A program made the translations under genes and the position numbers. The notes below the pieces were generated by a model that had not been told where the DNA came from, did not search any database, and saw only the letters and a program-made list of their open reading frames with translations. Source: Ramazzottius varieornatus (lineage: Eukaryota; Animalia; Tardigrada). From it: a stretch of 64,000 nucleotides of DNA. Positions 37,646 through 49,800 of the stretch are shown here, in pieces (the first letter of the stretch is position 1; each line of letters begins with the position of its first letter). The stretch covers positions 190,925 through 254,924 of the forward strand of contig BDGG01000023.1 in NCBI GenBank assembly GCA_001949185.1, given 5' to 3'.

Positions 37646-40600
37646 TTAGTCGATCAATTCAGAGTCGTCAGATTCCGGTGTGGCAGGCTCTGATATCGAA
37701 TCCACGCAGTCTCCCTCGTCAGACGCCTTTTGATCCGCTGAGAAATGTTTGCCGTGGTTATTAGTGGCAGACGACTGTTGAGGCTTTTGCTTGCTCCTGT
37801 CATTTTCCTGCTGTGCCTTCTTCGAACGCTTCCATTTCATCCGTCGATTTTGAAACCAGATTTTAACCTGCGGAAAAAGACAAGGTCACTGACAGGTCAT
37901 TGTAAAATGTTTGGTGACTCGATAACAAATGCTGCCGAGAGACAAAATACTTCGTCCCTCGAATGCCTTATGGTCGATCCTAGCCTATAGTGTCCACGTG
38001 GCAAACCACGCTTGTTTTTCTATGTAAGCTTCGGAATAAAGTTTATTTTGATCCATCATGAGACGTCGGTAATGATTGCGCCCAGACTGGCTTTTTAAGT
38101 TGCGCATTTTGCGTTTGTCATGGGCAGGGAAAGTGCGCCACTTGAAAGAACAAACGCGGTGAAATCAGTTACTGACGTCCCAAACGTTTTATCGATTGGT
38201 ACAATCCAAAACCTTCCCATAATCGAACGATAAAATTAATTCGGCAAGATTTGCATAACAGTGCAACGGAGAAGGAGCCGATAAAGGAATGACCAAAGCG
38301 CTGGGATATTTTCATCAGTGCAAAGAAGCATTAATCTGATTGCCTCATCACACGATTAGCTCAGCGTACAATGGCCGCTCGATGATGTGCGCATTTCACC
38401 CTAACGAGCGGAAAATTGTACCCTTATGTCCTCAAAATGCGCCATCGACCACTCAATTTTCCAAAAATTCTTCCGCGCATTCGGCTTCATGAGAAATCGT
38501 GCTCACTTGGGTTTCCGTCAGCATGAGCGAACTGGCAACTTCGTAACGTTTTGGTCGCGAAAGGTACTTGTTGAGTTTGAAATGCTTCTCGAGCTCCAGT
38601 AGCTGTTGACTTGTGAACGCCGTGCGAGGTCGCCGTGTTTTCCCAAGAAGAGCGTGGCCGACGGAATGACCTATGACGAAGCATGATCAGTACGGTCAAG
38701 AACTGTATTTACAGTTGGTTGATTTGGGACGTGGAAAAATGAACTGAACCAGATCGTCCTTTCTATTGGCGGGAGTTGTCGTTATCCTTGGCTTGAAAGT
38801 TGCGTCAATTGAAAAATGATCTGGTTCGCTCATTTACTCACGGCCCAGTTTTAGTGATCGAAGGTAAACCTGTTGAAGTTTAGGTTTGAGGAAGTTGGTT
38901 TGGAAGAACGGTAATAAGCAACAGCTTGTCATCGATACCGCAGCAGAAGTAAAGTGACCGATGACAAACGTAAAGGTCCCGTTTATACATTGACCCACAT
39001 TATAGCCTATTCTTTACCGTCTTTTCCATAACTGTACAAAAGCGCTAATTTGCACTAAAGAGTGGCTCGATATACAGTCTTTCCTTTTCAATCCTCGATC
39101 AAAAGTGGTGTTAGCCTAAAATGGCCGTTTAATCGGCCAGACAAACCTTGATCAGATGGTGATGATCTGCGCTACTGAACAATACCAGCATGCACTTGAA
39201 TGATATCCCTCACACACTATCCACAATGACACAAAAGAACCTTACCGGTCGCCCCACAGCAAATGGCTTTTCATCAGTCCATATCCTCAACACTGTGTCA
39301 ACAGCTTGTAAATAGGGCCGAGAATCAAGAAAGACCGCTCGTCAAATATTGTGCCTATATAATGCATTCACGTGTAATGATATTAACAGATGGCGTAATT
39401 TATCCTATCACACTCTTTCAATCGAAATGTGTACCAGCCAGTAAAGTAGCGTAGCAGAAAAGGCTCGTACTGGTTGGAAAACATACTGTGGTGCTCCGAA
39501 GTTAACTTGCACTTAACCACGTGAGCAGTAAAGGATGCCTGGGTGAGAGTCAGACGGGGCAGCAACGACTCATCACGTGGTTGCGTGCGAGTTAATTTAG
39601 GAGCACTACAGTATTCTAGTCACACAATTCTGGCCAAGGCAAGCAAACTCGACAAGACCGAATTTTTTTCGAAAGCGGCGTAAGCTATCAGCCAAAAACA
39701 CTGAAAACGTGCGCCTCTTCGGAAAACGATCTTGTCGAGTTTGTTCGCCAAAGTCCCCGTTTTTTTAATTCATAACTTTCTGGATATTAAATTTCCACTT
39801 GTTTTCATGACCTGTCAAAGGGATTGATAGTATGGTGTGAGAAAGAAGCCGTCTGGCGATGAAAGTGACCGTGACGGAGCGGCGAAAAAGGCAAACGGTG
39901 GCGGCTGGTCGATCAAGTTGGAAGCATGCAGCAGGCATCATTACAAAGAGACGGCTCGCTGCCAGTCAAAAGTCCCCACTTCAACTAGGAGGATACAGTG
40001 GCAGTGTACTCTTCATTCTAGCCACCAGTTTGTTCCTGTTCTGTCCTCTCGACGCCGACCAAGGAGACACTTTGTAAAGCCAGAATGGAAAGTCTGAAGG
40101 ACAGATTTCGATAATCAGAAACTAAGCAGCGATCTTCGATCATCAATCAGTTTGACGTTGAGTCAATTTGTTCTGAAGACCAGAACGGATCAATCTGCTA
40201 TATATGCACCGTTGTACCACACCGAAACCACTGTTGTGCTGCTATTACCGTTTCATTCTGAAGACCTCCATTTCGTTATCAATACGAAACCAACACACAC
40301 AACTTGGAACGTTGCCAAACTGGCCCAGATTGTTTTCCTTAGTGGCGCACGCACTCAGCATTAACCATAAAAACGTGCGCCAGTTGGAGAAACAGTCTTG
40401 CCGAATATTCCAAGTGGCGTCTCCTTCCTGCTTGTATCAATGAGGAAACGTGCCACAATAGTGACGTCCGATTCAAGGTTTATTTTAAACCTGTTTTTTT
40501 AGGTCGGCCACGAACCAGAACGCAGATCTCGAATGGACATTCTGGTGCAGGTCTAATTTGAATTTGATTTTGGCGATGTGGAAAATACTTCAGTCAAGGG

Positions 40601-41959
40601 GAGTGCTGGGGAGTCGCGTAGTCACAGATTAAACGCTGATGCGCACAACTTGACAATCCTGTTAATCAAATCAGCGTACAAGGAAGACGCTGACTGGGCT
40701 CGAAATGTCTGAATAATTCTTGGATAATGCGCAGGAAAGCATGTTGACCCAAGCCTCACCACAACTCCAAGGCCTGCCTGTTATTTTCCCCACAATCACG
40801 TTTACATCACACTTGCCCACAATCACGCCAAATTACGACTCACCAATCAATACGACAATCCAATAAAGCCCAGTGTAATCGGCCTAATAGACTCGATTAT
40901 CTCTCCAGCCAAGTTTTAAAGCGTTCGAAAGGTCAACACGGAAACGACCGCTGCGGCGCCGCGTTACGACTCTTCAAGCCAGCTGCTTCGAGTTTTTCCG
41001 CAGTTGTAAACGTCTTTTACGACGGTCAGTATCTAAAGTACTGCGCCATTATTTTGCAATATCCAAGTGCACCGCGCAGTGTATACCAATGAAGACCGAT
41101 ACGTATTCTCTAATCTGTCTGCACGTCCAACACCGTAAAAGAAGCTTGGTAAACGGAGTGTACATATCAATCTAGTCTGATTACTACCCTAAAGTAATAA
41201 TCCTCTCCTTGCTTATAAAAAAACACAAATAGCGGGCTGTGCTTGGGGAAGTCGCTGTGCTGGACTTGTCGACGCAACGGCGAGCTGGAAAACTCAGCCC
41301 GATCAATTAATCGAAGAGCTAAGATTTGATTTACAGTCATGTTGTCAGAAGTTCTAATTCGATAAAAAACTCAAGTCTTGTGAATCCACATTCCGAAAAT
41401 TGTCCGCAAAAATTGCTTGAAAATATTACTGTAAAGCTAGCAGATTCTGACATGCGATGGCGAAATGCGGCTCATGCTTACCTGACCAACAGTCGGACAG
41501 CCTGGGGTAGTACAGACCGGCGGCCGCCTGCGCGCTGGCCCTGGCCAGCCACTCCAGCTGCTGCTGTGGATGGCCCATCGGTGGGCTATAAAACGCGCTG
41601 CCTGCCAACATCTGTAGCGCCGCCGCTTGCTGCGGATTATGACAGGCCGCAGCGGTGTATGGTGGCAGGAACCTTTGGTGAAGTGCGGGAGAAGCGAAGG
41701 TGGATAACGACTGATGACCGCCGAAGCTTCGATGTATACCGGGATAAAGTACTGGAGAAACGGCTTTGGGAGATCCATTGGTGAGGTGCACGGGAGAAAC
41801 ACTGGACTGTCGAGAACCGGCTGGGTCTTTGTTATGAAGGTCCTGTGGAGCTAGGTCAGGTTCTTCGGCATGGACGAGAGGATGGTGTATTGCAGGGGAT
41901 AATAAAGCGTCGATACGGAAAGACCTTCTGGTGTCGTTGGGTTCTTTGTTGGCAGCCAT
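37646..41959 (-). CDS. MNX1: Motor neuron and pancreas homeobox (Mnx1/HB9/exex); exons 41959-41482, 38670-38507, 37867-37646
   Basis: eh1 motif FRIDALL, LEWLAR..GLYYPRL, and homeodomain [48 protein letters not shown]|[21 protein letters not shown]. Confidence 0.96.
38059..38181. repeat. Palindromic N25 element copy (Mnx intron 2)
   Basis: TGAGACGTCGGTAA...AAGTTGCGCAT-25nt-GTGCGCCACTT...TTACTGACGTCCCA. Confidence 0.85.
38726..38847. repeat. Palindromic N25 element copy (Mnx intron 1)
   Basis: GAACCAGATC / GATCTGGTTC arms with a degenerate core and a 25-nt spacer. Confidence 0.75.
39631..39758. repeat. Palindromic N25 element copy (Mnx intron 1)
   Basis: Perfect 14-bp arms CAAACTCGACAAGA / TCTTGTCGAGTTTG around AAGCGGCGTAA-25nt-GTGCGCCTCTT. 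Confidence 0.8.
40305..40510. repeat. Tandem dimer of the palindromic N25 element (Mnx intron 1)
   Basis: Cores at about 40340 (24-nt spacer) and 40412 (25-nt spacer) with a 26-nt linker. Confidence 0.7.
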
Positions 41960-44389
41960 TGTACGTTTGTAAGCAGAGAAATGTTATGAAAAATAGGCTC
42001 TGGTTCAAAACCGGTTGTGGGGTTTGCGGTGGAAACAGTGACAAGGTTGCGGAGTGCTGGAGCTTGACGAAGAAACGGAAATGTGATGGGGGCAAATTAT
42101 CCGCGATCAAACGTCTTTAATACGGTGATCAATGTCCGCGTAATGCAGGGCAATCTACCATAAATCGCAGCGAATAGTGAAGGGCTGATAGCTTTAATTG
42201 CCTGATAGGCAGTTCGACGCACATTGGCTGACACTGCCATAAAGTGGGCGGATACCGAACTCAGCCGGTTCCACGACCGAAGCGTTAGCTATAGTAGTGG
42301 TGATTCTCTCTCCGTCAGAAAGATCGTGAAACGGACATAGAAAAAGAGCCAGACAGTTTTTCGGTAAAACGTCCAATCCCTTCAAAACCATAATGTACTG
42401 GATCCAGACATGGTGTGTTAGAGTACTATTATCTGTCTTCTTTTCATCGCGAAACTATCCATAAGTTTTTTGTTCCTAAAATCTCAGTTTTCATTGTTCT
42501 AATACGAGGTAGAAATAACCTGGCTTGGTACGTGCCGATGAGATTCGGAATGCGTGGTGTTACGCAGGAACGAGACTGCATGTGTCTGACAGTCACTCTG
42601 ACTTCCGTGTTTTCTTGAGAAAGAAACGGCAATACAATGTATGTCCAGTCGAGAGTGAATGACCGTTGATGGAAAGCTGATGCGGACATTAGAGAAAATT
42701 AAGTGAAGTTCACAAGCCATTACTCCGTTCATTGGCGATGCACCAGAGCACACACGAACCCACTCAAGCAGCCTCGACCGCAACTGTGGGTCTCCACTCC
42801 AACCCGATAATCGATGGCACAGACCATTTTGTACGATTCAATTACGAAAATGAGCGGATAAGATGGAGGCATTTGCGGCGGAATAATCAAGCCTTCAGCC
42901 AATCCGTCCATCTAATCTCCTTCGGCCCATCCAACGGGGACACACAACCTCCTTCTTAAACTCGATTAATGCCGTCGTGCCAGTCGGCCTTACGCTCAAT
43001 CAGCTCTCGTAGCTGATTTAATGTCTTTATACAGCCCATCTTGCCTTTTTATAACCACTAGCGATTAGCAAGAGATAAGTTTTAGAGTGCTGGATATAAA
43101 TGACCATCATCAGGTCGATTATCGACCATTTCGTCCTCTTCCACTCCAAGCACATCTTTGCCTTCAAACGCGCTGTCGTCTCTTCCAGCGCAGAGTACTC
43201 CACTTTTATGGTCGTCTGGCTTTGATCAGCGGTTCCCAAATACCAACCACTTCAAGGATGGCCGATGACCTTTCAGAAGTTCGGCTGAAACAACCTTCAT
43301 AGGAGCGTCTAACAAGTAATCTTTCACGAGGCTACGGAATATCCGTAGAAAATTGCCCAAGCATCCAAGCTCCAGATGTTCCGACACGCTTAAATGTCTT
43401 GCACACGTGACATGGCACCATCCCACGCTGCGGCTGATACATACTGTACCATACTGTAACTACTTTTCTGAGGTAAAATTAGTATATCTTTCCGTATTCT
43501 TGTGGATGACAGACTGGTCGAAAGCTAGATTGCTTTATTCCTGAAGGTAACCAGGGCACTTGAAATTTAATCAAATCTGCATGACAAGCGCAGCTGTCCA
43601 TATCAATTAGATTTTGTCCTGTTATTGGGCGGTCGATCGAGCGACAATTGAATTCATCCTCAACATTTAAGATCAATTTCATTCAGTGATCACTTGTAAA
43701 TGGCCAGGAGGAAATGATGTGGTGCTCTTGAGGTTATAGAGCAGGTATGAAGGGAAGGCGGTCATCAGCAAAGCAGCAGCTTGTCCACATTACCTGGGCC
43801 GACATAATTTTTATTGTCAACAGCAATCACAGGCCATGATCGTGTATTCAATTAAGTAGCCATGTTTGAGCAGGTACTTTGTATACCCCACTATACCGGC
43901 GGGCAGGGACACTGATGGACAAAATAGCCGTAGCGCCACTTATACAAAAGGACTTAATCCTCTAAGTGTTAAATGCCATCCCAGTATGCTAATACTTCCG
44001 ATTGCATGCCCAGTCACGCTAACCATCTCTTCACTCCTATGCGTCCTCTTCCAGGTTTCATAGCAAAGCCATCGCTCTCTACGCTGTCTCCTGCTGCACC
44101 GGTTATCAAATGGACAAATATGAATCGCTTCTCCCCCTTTCGTCACAAATTAACCCGATGAATGCCATCTGTCGCCGCATAATAACTCCTCACATTGAGC
44201 TATGATCCCTTTATAGTCCATAATCTGTCATTTCAATTTGCCTCTATACTTCCAGATATTTCTTTGTACCAGATTTCCAAACGCTTGTTTGAGCTGAAAA
44301 CCCCGAACTTTTTAAGCTACTCAACTTCCGTTGGTTTTTTCAGTGTTCAAGAACGTATAGCTTCACGGCTTTTCCACGATACTTTAACT

Positions 44390-44590
44390 GGGACATGGGT
44401 AAATCAATCGAAACAAATCGCCATCTCAACAGGCCCACATTCTTGCTACTATCGGCTCAAGTTGTGCGCCACTTGAAACACGATCAGGTTTAGATCGATG
44501 TACCAAGTGGCGCATATCTCCGTGTTATTGACCGAAGTTGTGCGCCAGTTGGGAAAATGGTCTGGTTCAGTTCCTTTTCCGCACGTCTCA
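44390..44590. repeat. Tandem dimer of the palindromic N25 element (upstream of Mnx)
   Basis: Cores at about 44428 (25 nt) and 44505 (24 nt) with a 30-nt linker; termini TGGGAC / GTCTCA. Confidence 0.8.
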
Positions 44591-45671
44591 ACTTATGTTC
44601 TCGGGGTTCACACTAATCGCGAGTTCATGAACTGCAGTTTCGGTCAATCAGATGTATGATTTCATGAAAGTAGACTCCATAAAATAATCATCGAACAACT
44701 GAAACAAAGGCTGTCATAACCCAAAACACGCGATACTCTGGTGCGTCGAACAAAAGCCGCAGTGTGCAGTATTGATTCGATCGTCCGATATCATCTGAGG
44801 GTTAACTGTCCAACAGGACATTATGGATGCGCGTCGCGCACAGGACAATCGATCGACCGCCCGTTCGCGATGTGTTCGGTTGCGCCAGGCTATTGTCTGT
44901 AATTAATTTGTGTGTACATAGCTTAATCAGGGACGAAAGGACGCCGCCGTGGGTTTGTTCGTGTCCAACCTGTCCTCTTCGTGCTTTAGTTTCTTTGCCA
45001 TCCTTGAGCAAACGGTGAGAAGTTACCTGTTTTGAGTGGACAGATTAATTAACGCGCAAAAAGGGAACTATTGTGCGGGGAGGCGGCAGCTTTCGCAAAG
45101 GCTGATTGTCTTTGAGGGATTAGCCCGTAATGAAAACGTGCTTGAGATACATCGCTCTGTGTTTTCTGCCACTCAGGCTTGATCATTCGACCTGCTTCAT
45201 GCGAAGGCTACTTAACAGCTCTTTAATGTGATTAACCTCGTCAGGCAGAAGGAAAACTGCCGACATGCAACGGAAGCGAGTGTCTCGGTCAGACGAGTTC
45301 TGGGACGAAAGTTCAAACATGATGAAATTTGTGTCAGGGAACCAAAGTTGTAGTGGGAATGTAAATTATATAACTTGAAAGTACGCATGAGGAAAGCAAC
45401 AACAAAGCACATTCGTATGCTTAGAAAACGCCAAATCCGTTGGTCAGTTCAAGAATATTGATCCAGAGGGAAAGTTGAGATGAAAGTTGGCAGCCCACTT
45501 CCCAAGGCAAACAAGTCTGAGACTTGAATAGTTGGATAGATGACGTGTGATGTAGCTGGGTTCCGACAAACGTATCCTGGTTGTTGGTCATTTTCCTCCC
45601 ATCCCAACCACTCTCACACCCATCTAAAATAGGTCAAATGCATCAATTATCAGTTATTTCGCATATAAGAC

Positions 45672-46264
45672 TCACGAAGTTTGGTCACGCCTGCGAATTC
45701 GAAATAAATGAGATCGGCTTTTGGTTTGCGTGGCGCGTACCGCGAAGTCTTGCTGAGTCAGAAAGTCGTGTCCAGCATGTTCGCTGTAGATTCTAGCCTC
45801 CTTTACTACATTGACAAGGTAGTCTTCGGCAGCAGTCTGAAACTCAAAGGATGGAACTGACTCGACAGCATCATATATTCTACCTGAAAAAAACCCCCAA
45901 AAGGATTTGTACTGATTTATACGTACGGGCAGTGCAAACAAAGCACTCGACTGCATGCGTATACCAGTGAAGCCATACTTCTTGGCAATGTCCTCGGTCA
46001 GGCTACGGACAAACTTCTGGGAAGGCCTCAACTTGATAACAGGATGAGAATCCGATGTAGCGAGCAAGTAAGGGTTGTTGACTGGTCCATCCTCCACAAT
46101 CTCGTCGTTGTTGCCTTCCATATCCTCGTCAACATCGTCTTCCAGATCCTCTTCCAGAGCGTCAACGGCCTACTCTGTGCAATGTGATCAGGATCAGGCG
46201 CCTCTTGGCCCACCACGCCGACACCAGCCTCTTTCTGCGCCAGATTCGCTACTCCGTCGTCCAT
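45672..46264 (-). CDS. Divergent histone H3-fold protein with an acidic N-terminus (possible frameshift near 46172; may be a pseudogene)
   Basis: Removing the GT-AG intron 45926-45837 gives VIKLRPSQKFVRSLTEDIAKKYGFTGIRMQSSALFALPTAAEDYLVNVVKEARIYSEHAGHDFLTQQDF, which is colinear with H3 [64 protein letters not shown]. Confidence 0.8.
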
Positions 46265-46833
46265 TTCGGACAGATAAAGAGCAGTCTGATTCGTACAGTG
46301 AAGATTGCTAACTTACAGAAGGCTCAAAAATAAATTTGGCGCTGAACGTCATACGGATGATACTGTAAATCCGATCGTAAAGATTAAAAGCAAAAGAGAA
46401 GCAGTGCGTCAGTCGCTCTTCTACAGTAAATCAAACCTGAGCCAATGTAACCCTCTTCTCGACGAAATAGTTCTGCCCATGTTACGATGTTTTCTTGCCG
46501 GACGACCCAGAACCCACCGCTGTACCCGGACATGACCAGGATTTCATGTAGGACTCGTTGCGTCACGAATTTGACAACCTTGTAAACTTTGTGATAGGTG
46601 GCGCGGTTGTTGACGGTAAGTGGCGTACTTGTTCGCACTCGCTCCAGCAACTGTCGCTGGTCAACTGGTCAACTGGTCAACTGTTTAACGAGTCATCATT
46701 TCTCGTTTAATGCTGGTGTGAACTGGGAATACAACTACAAAATACCAGAACGAAGTTCGATGGTCGACTGTATTAACAGCTTTTGATTCAGACAATCAGG
46801 TGGGATCACAGAGGGCAATTTTACAAAAATTCT

Positions 46834-49800
46834 TCACTGGCTGATACTGGTCATAGCTGCCGAGTAACGTCGCGAGCCTTCGCCCAAGGCTACACGTTCG
46901 CAAGTGGGAGTGATAAGGACCGGGTTGGGGTAGTTGGGGTCTTCGTGATGGTAGCACGCATCATCGGGTGGCGGTGAATAGGTTCGTTGCATGATAGCAT
47001 CAATCAGACGCAGTGGCAGTGTGTCCAAGACGTCGTTCAGGTTGTCCAGACGGTGCTCGATCCGCCCCATTTTATTCTCCAACTCTTCTTGCCGGTTGTT
47101 CAAGTCAACCACGATCTCATACATGTTGCTTTGGGTCTGAAAGAGAAACCAGTTTGACCAGCTCAAAATTCGATCCTGTAATACAACGAAGAAACCAGCA
47201 GCGCACCCGAGGTCACGTAACTGTTGACATCCATGAACGGCAAGAAACATCACGTGACCACGGTTACGCTTACAGATTTCTTCATTGTATTCGTAGCGAG
47301 ATTCTTCGGAGTTACCTTTGCCATGTCTGTCATTGTACTGGCACTTTCTAGTAGCTTCCGCTGATCCATTTTTGCCTTCCGGAGACTGTAGATGGCCATA
47401 AGGAACTTTCTTTGGTGAGCACGAACGCGGGACGGATTCACTCTTTTCACTAATTTCGTGTACTTGTAGATAAGCCACGTTTCGCGTAGAACGTTAGCAG
47501 CGGAGTTCTTGAGCTGTTGATTGCGAAAGATCTTATTACCAAAAAGTCCATCGTACAGCTGCACTTCGACTTCTTTCAAAGTGGCGCACATCCTCATCGC
47601 TACTGGTCAAGAACGTGCGCCACTTGGGAACGACCTGGTTCATAATCATTTAGCCGCATTCCAGTTTTTGAATAAGAATGTGTATGCCTAGCAGAGGATT
47701 CGTAAAGTGGGACTGAATATCCTCTTTAGTTCTCGAGGTGTTCACTGATACTATCGCAGCCATTTTGTTTTGTGCAACGAAGACTTACCCGTTTGGTAAG
47801 TTGCGTGTCCATCATGAAATTATGCACATGCTTCTCGGCGCTACTTAGTTCCAGCTTCCTGGCGATGACGGCAACAACTAGGGCCGTGCAGCCAGAACCC
47901 TACAATTATCAGAGTACCCTTCACTGCATCCTCGACAATGACAATAGATGGCTTAATGTGGCAGGGAATTATTCACTGCAAGACAGTCGCGGACTCACGG
48001 ACCATTAATCCTGTACAGACGGCGATCCCTCTTCCGCAATATGTGTTGGGGACGATGTCGCCGTATCCGACCGACAGAAATGTTATGGCAATCAGCCACA
48101 TGGAATTTAGGCAGTTGGCGTGCTCGTAGTCGTGATACCTACAAATTGAAAGCTCGAATATTTAGTCAAGAAAAACCATAAACAAAATTCGTAGAAAAAC
48201 GGCGATAGTGCGAGTTTGTTATCCAACCTCCTATCACGTGCTGAAAAATCGAAACAGAATAGCCGAAAGAGCAAACAAGTTGCAATGTCGGCAGACGATT
48301 TTACCAAGATCCTTTTTTTAAGTGGCGCAGTGTTCCAGCTAGTATCACCGAAGCTGTGCGCCACTTTGGACATCAAATCCGACAAGGCCGTTTTCCAAGT
48401 GACGCAGGTTTTCAGCCAATTACAACGTAATCGTGCGCCGCTTTAGATAGTTATTCGGGTGAAACCATTTGCCGATGACCCAGTTCTTGTCCCATCCACC
48501 ATATGATGAAGGTAAAAGCAATAAATACCTTTCGCAAGCTCGAAGTGTCCAGGTGGCAATCAACCAATACGTAATGATGAAAACAAGCAGTAAAGTTCCC
48601 GGACAGATGGTCATCAGGGTCTTCAGGACGAAGCGAGTATTGAAGTTGATACGATTCAGCGCCCCGATGGACCGTGATGACGCGTCAGTAAAGAGCTTGC
48701 TGTGCAGTAACATCACTCGGAATATGAGATAAAGGCGAAGGAACATTGGCAAGGATAGAATAACGTCCACAGGGACCTGAGAATAAAGACCGAAATAAAC
48801 TCTTTCACTCAGATCAGTCGAACTAATTTGTGGCTGTACTTCAACTTCTTTGGGTCTCTTGTCGTGGTTGTAAATTGTGGCGGTCCACAGGAAGGTCAGA
48901 TGGCCGGGTGGGGGATGGACGGCACAGATGCACAGCTCGAGAGCCAGTTGTGAGCAACGACGCCAAGTCAGGGCGATCCTCCAGTCATCAGCAGAATTAT
49001 CAATCAGGAACAACTACAGACGGGCAGAGATAATTTCATGTGGAAACGTGGGATTTAATCACAGGCATGCATCCATTACAGCAAAAGAAAGGCCCGTGTA
49101 CAAAGAATGTGTGCAAATTGTTCCAGCGTTAATATTCGCCCAAAAACATCCGGTAGTTTGTGTAATGCAATACCTGGATCTCCAACGCATGATATCCCAC
49201 GATCAGCGTCAACAAGATCAATGTGCTGACGGACACGATAGATTTCACGGCTATCGACCACGCAGATGTCTGGAAAACAAATGCAGTTCAAAGCAAATCA
49301 CGACCAGGCTCTTCGATATCTTACTCTACAGTGCTTCAATGTTTTACTGTAGTACCTTCTTATTGTTTTTCTGAATTTTATGAGAAGCCAGCTTGTAAAA
49401 GTGTAATACAGTAAAGCGTTTTCTACTTCAGTACTAAGGTTATAGGCTCTGGAAAAGATGAGGCCCCGGTTGTTTTTTTACGTGCTGTTTCTGACTTTAT
49501 GACAGGAACAGGCGTAGGAAGAAACTGGATGGAGATCGCCGCTATTACGTCGTCGTGCTTTTGTGGTCCCTGAAGTAATGGTCAATAAAACCTCAACAAG
49601 TCATTAAGCAGGGCTCTCAGGCATTTTGCGGTGTCGGAGAGTGCATGTCAGAGCATGTGTTCTGTGTCTTGCAGCTATAGTTCACACTGCAGCTGTTTGC
49701 CCTCTACTGCTGAACAGACAACTTTTAAGCGCCAATTACTGTTTGTCCACTTATTTTTACTGCAGAGCTGACGCTTCCTCGATCGCACTTGAAGGTCAAC

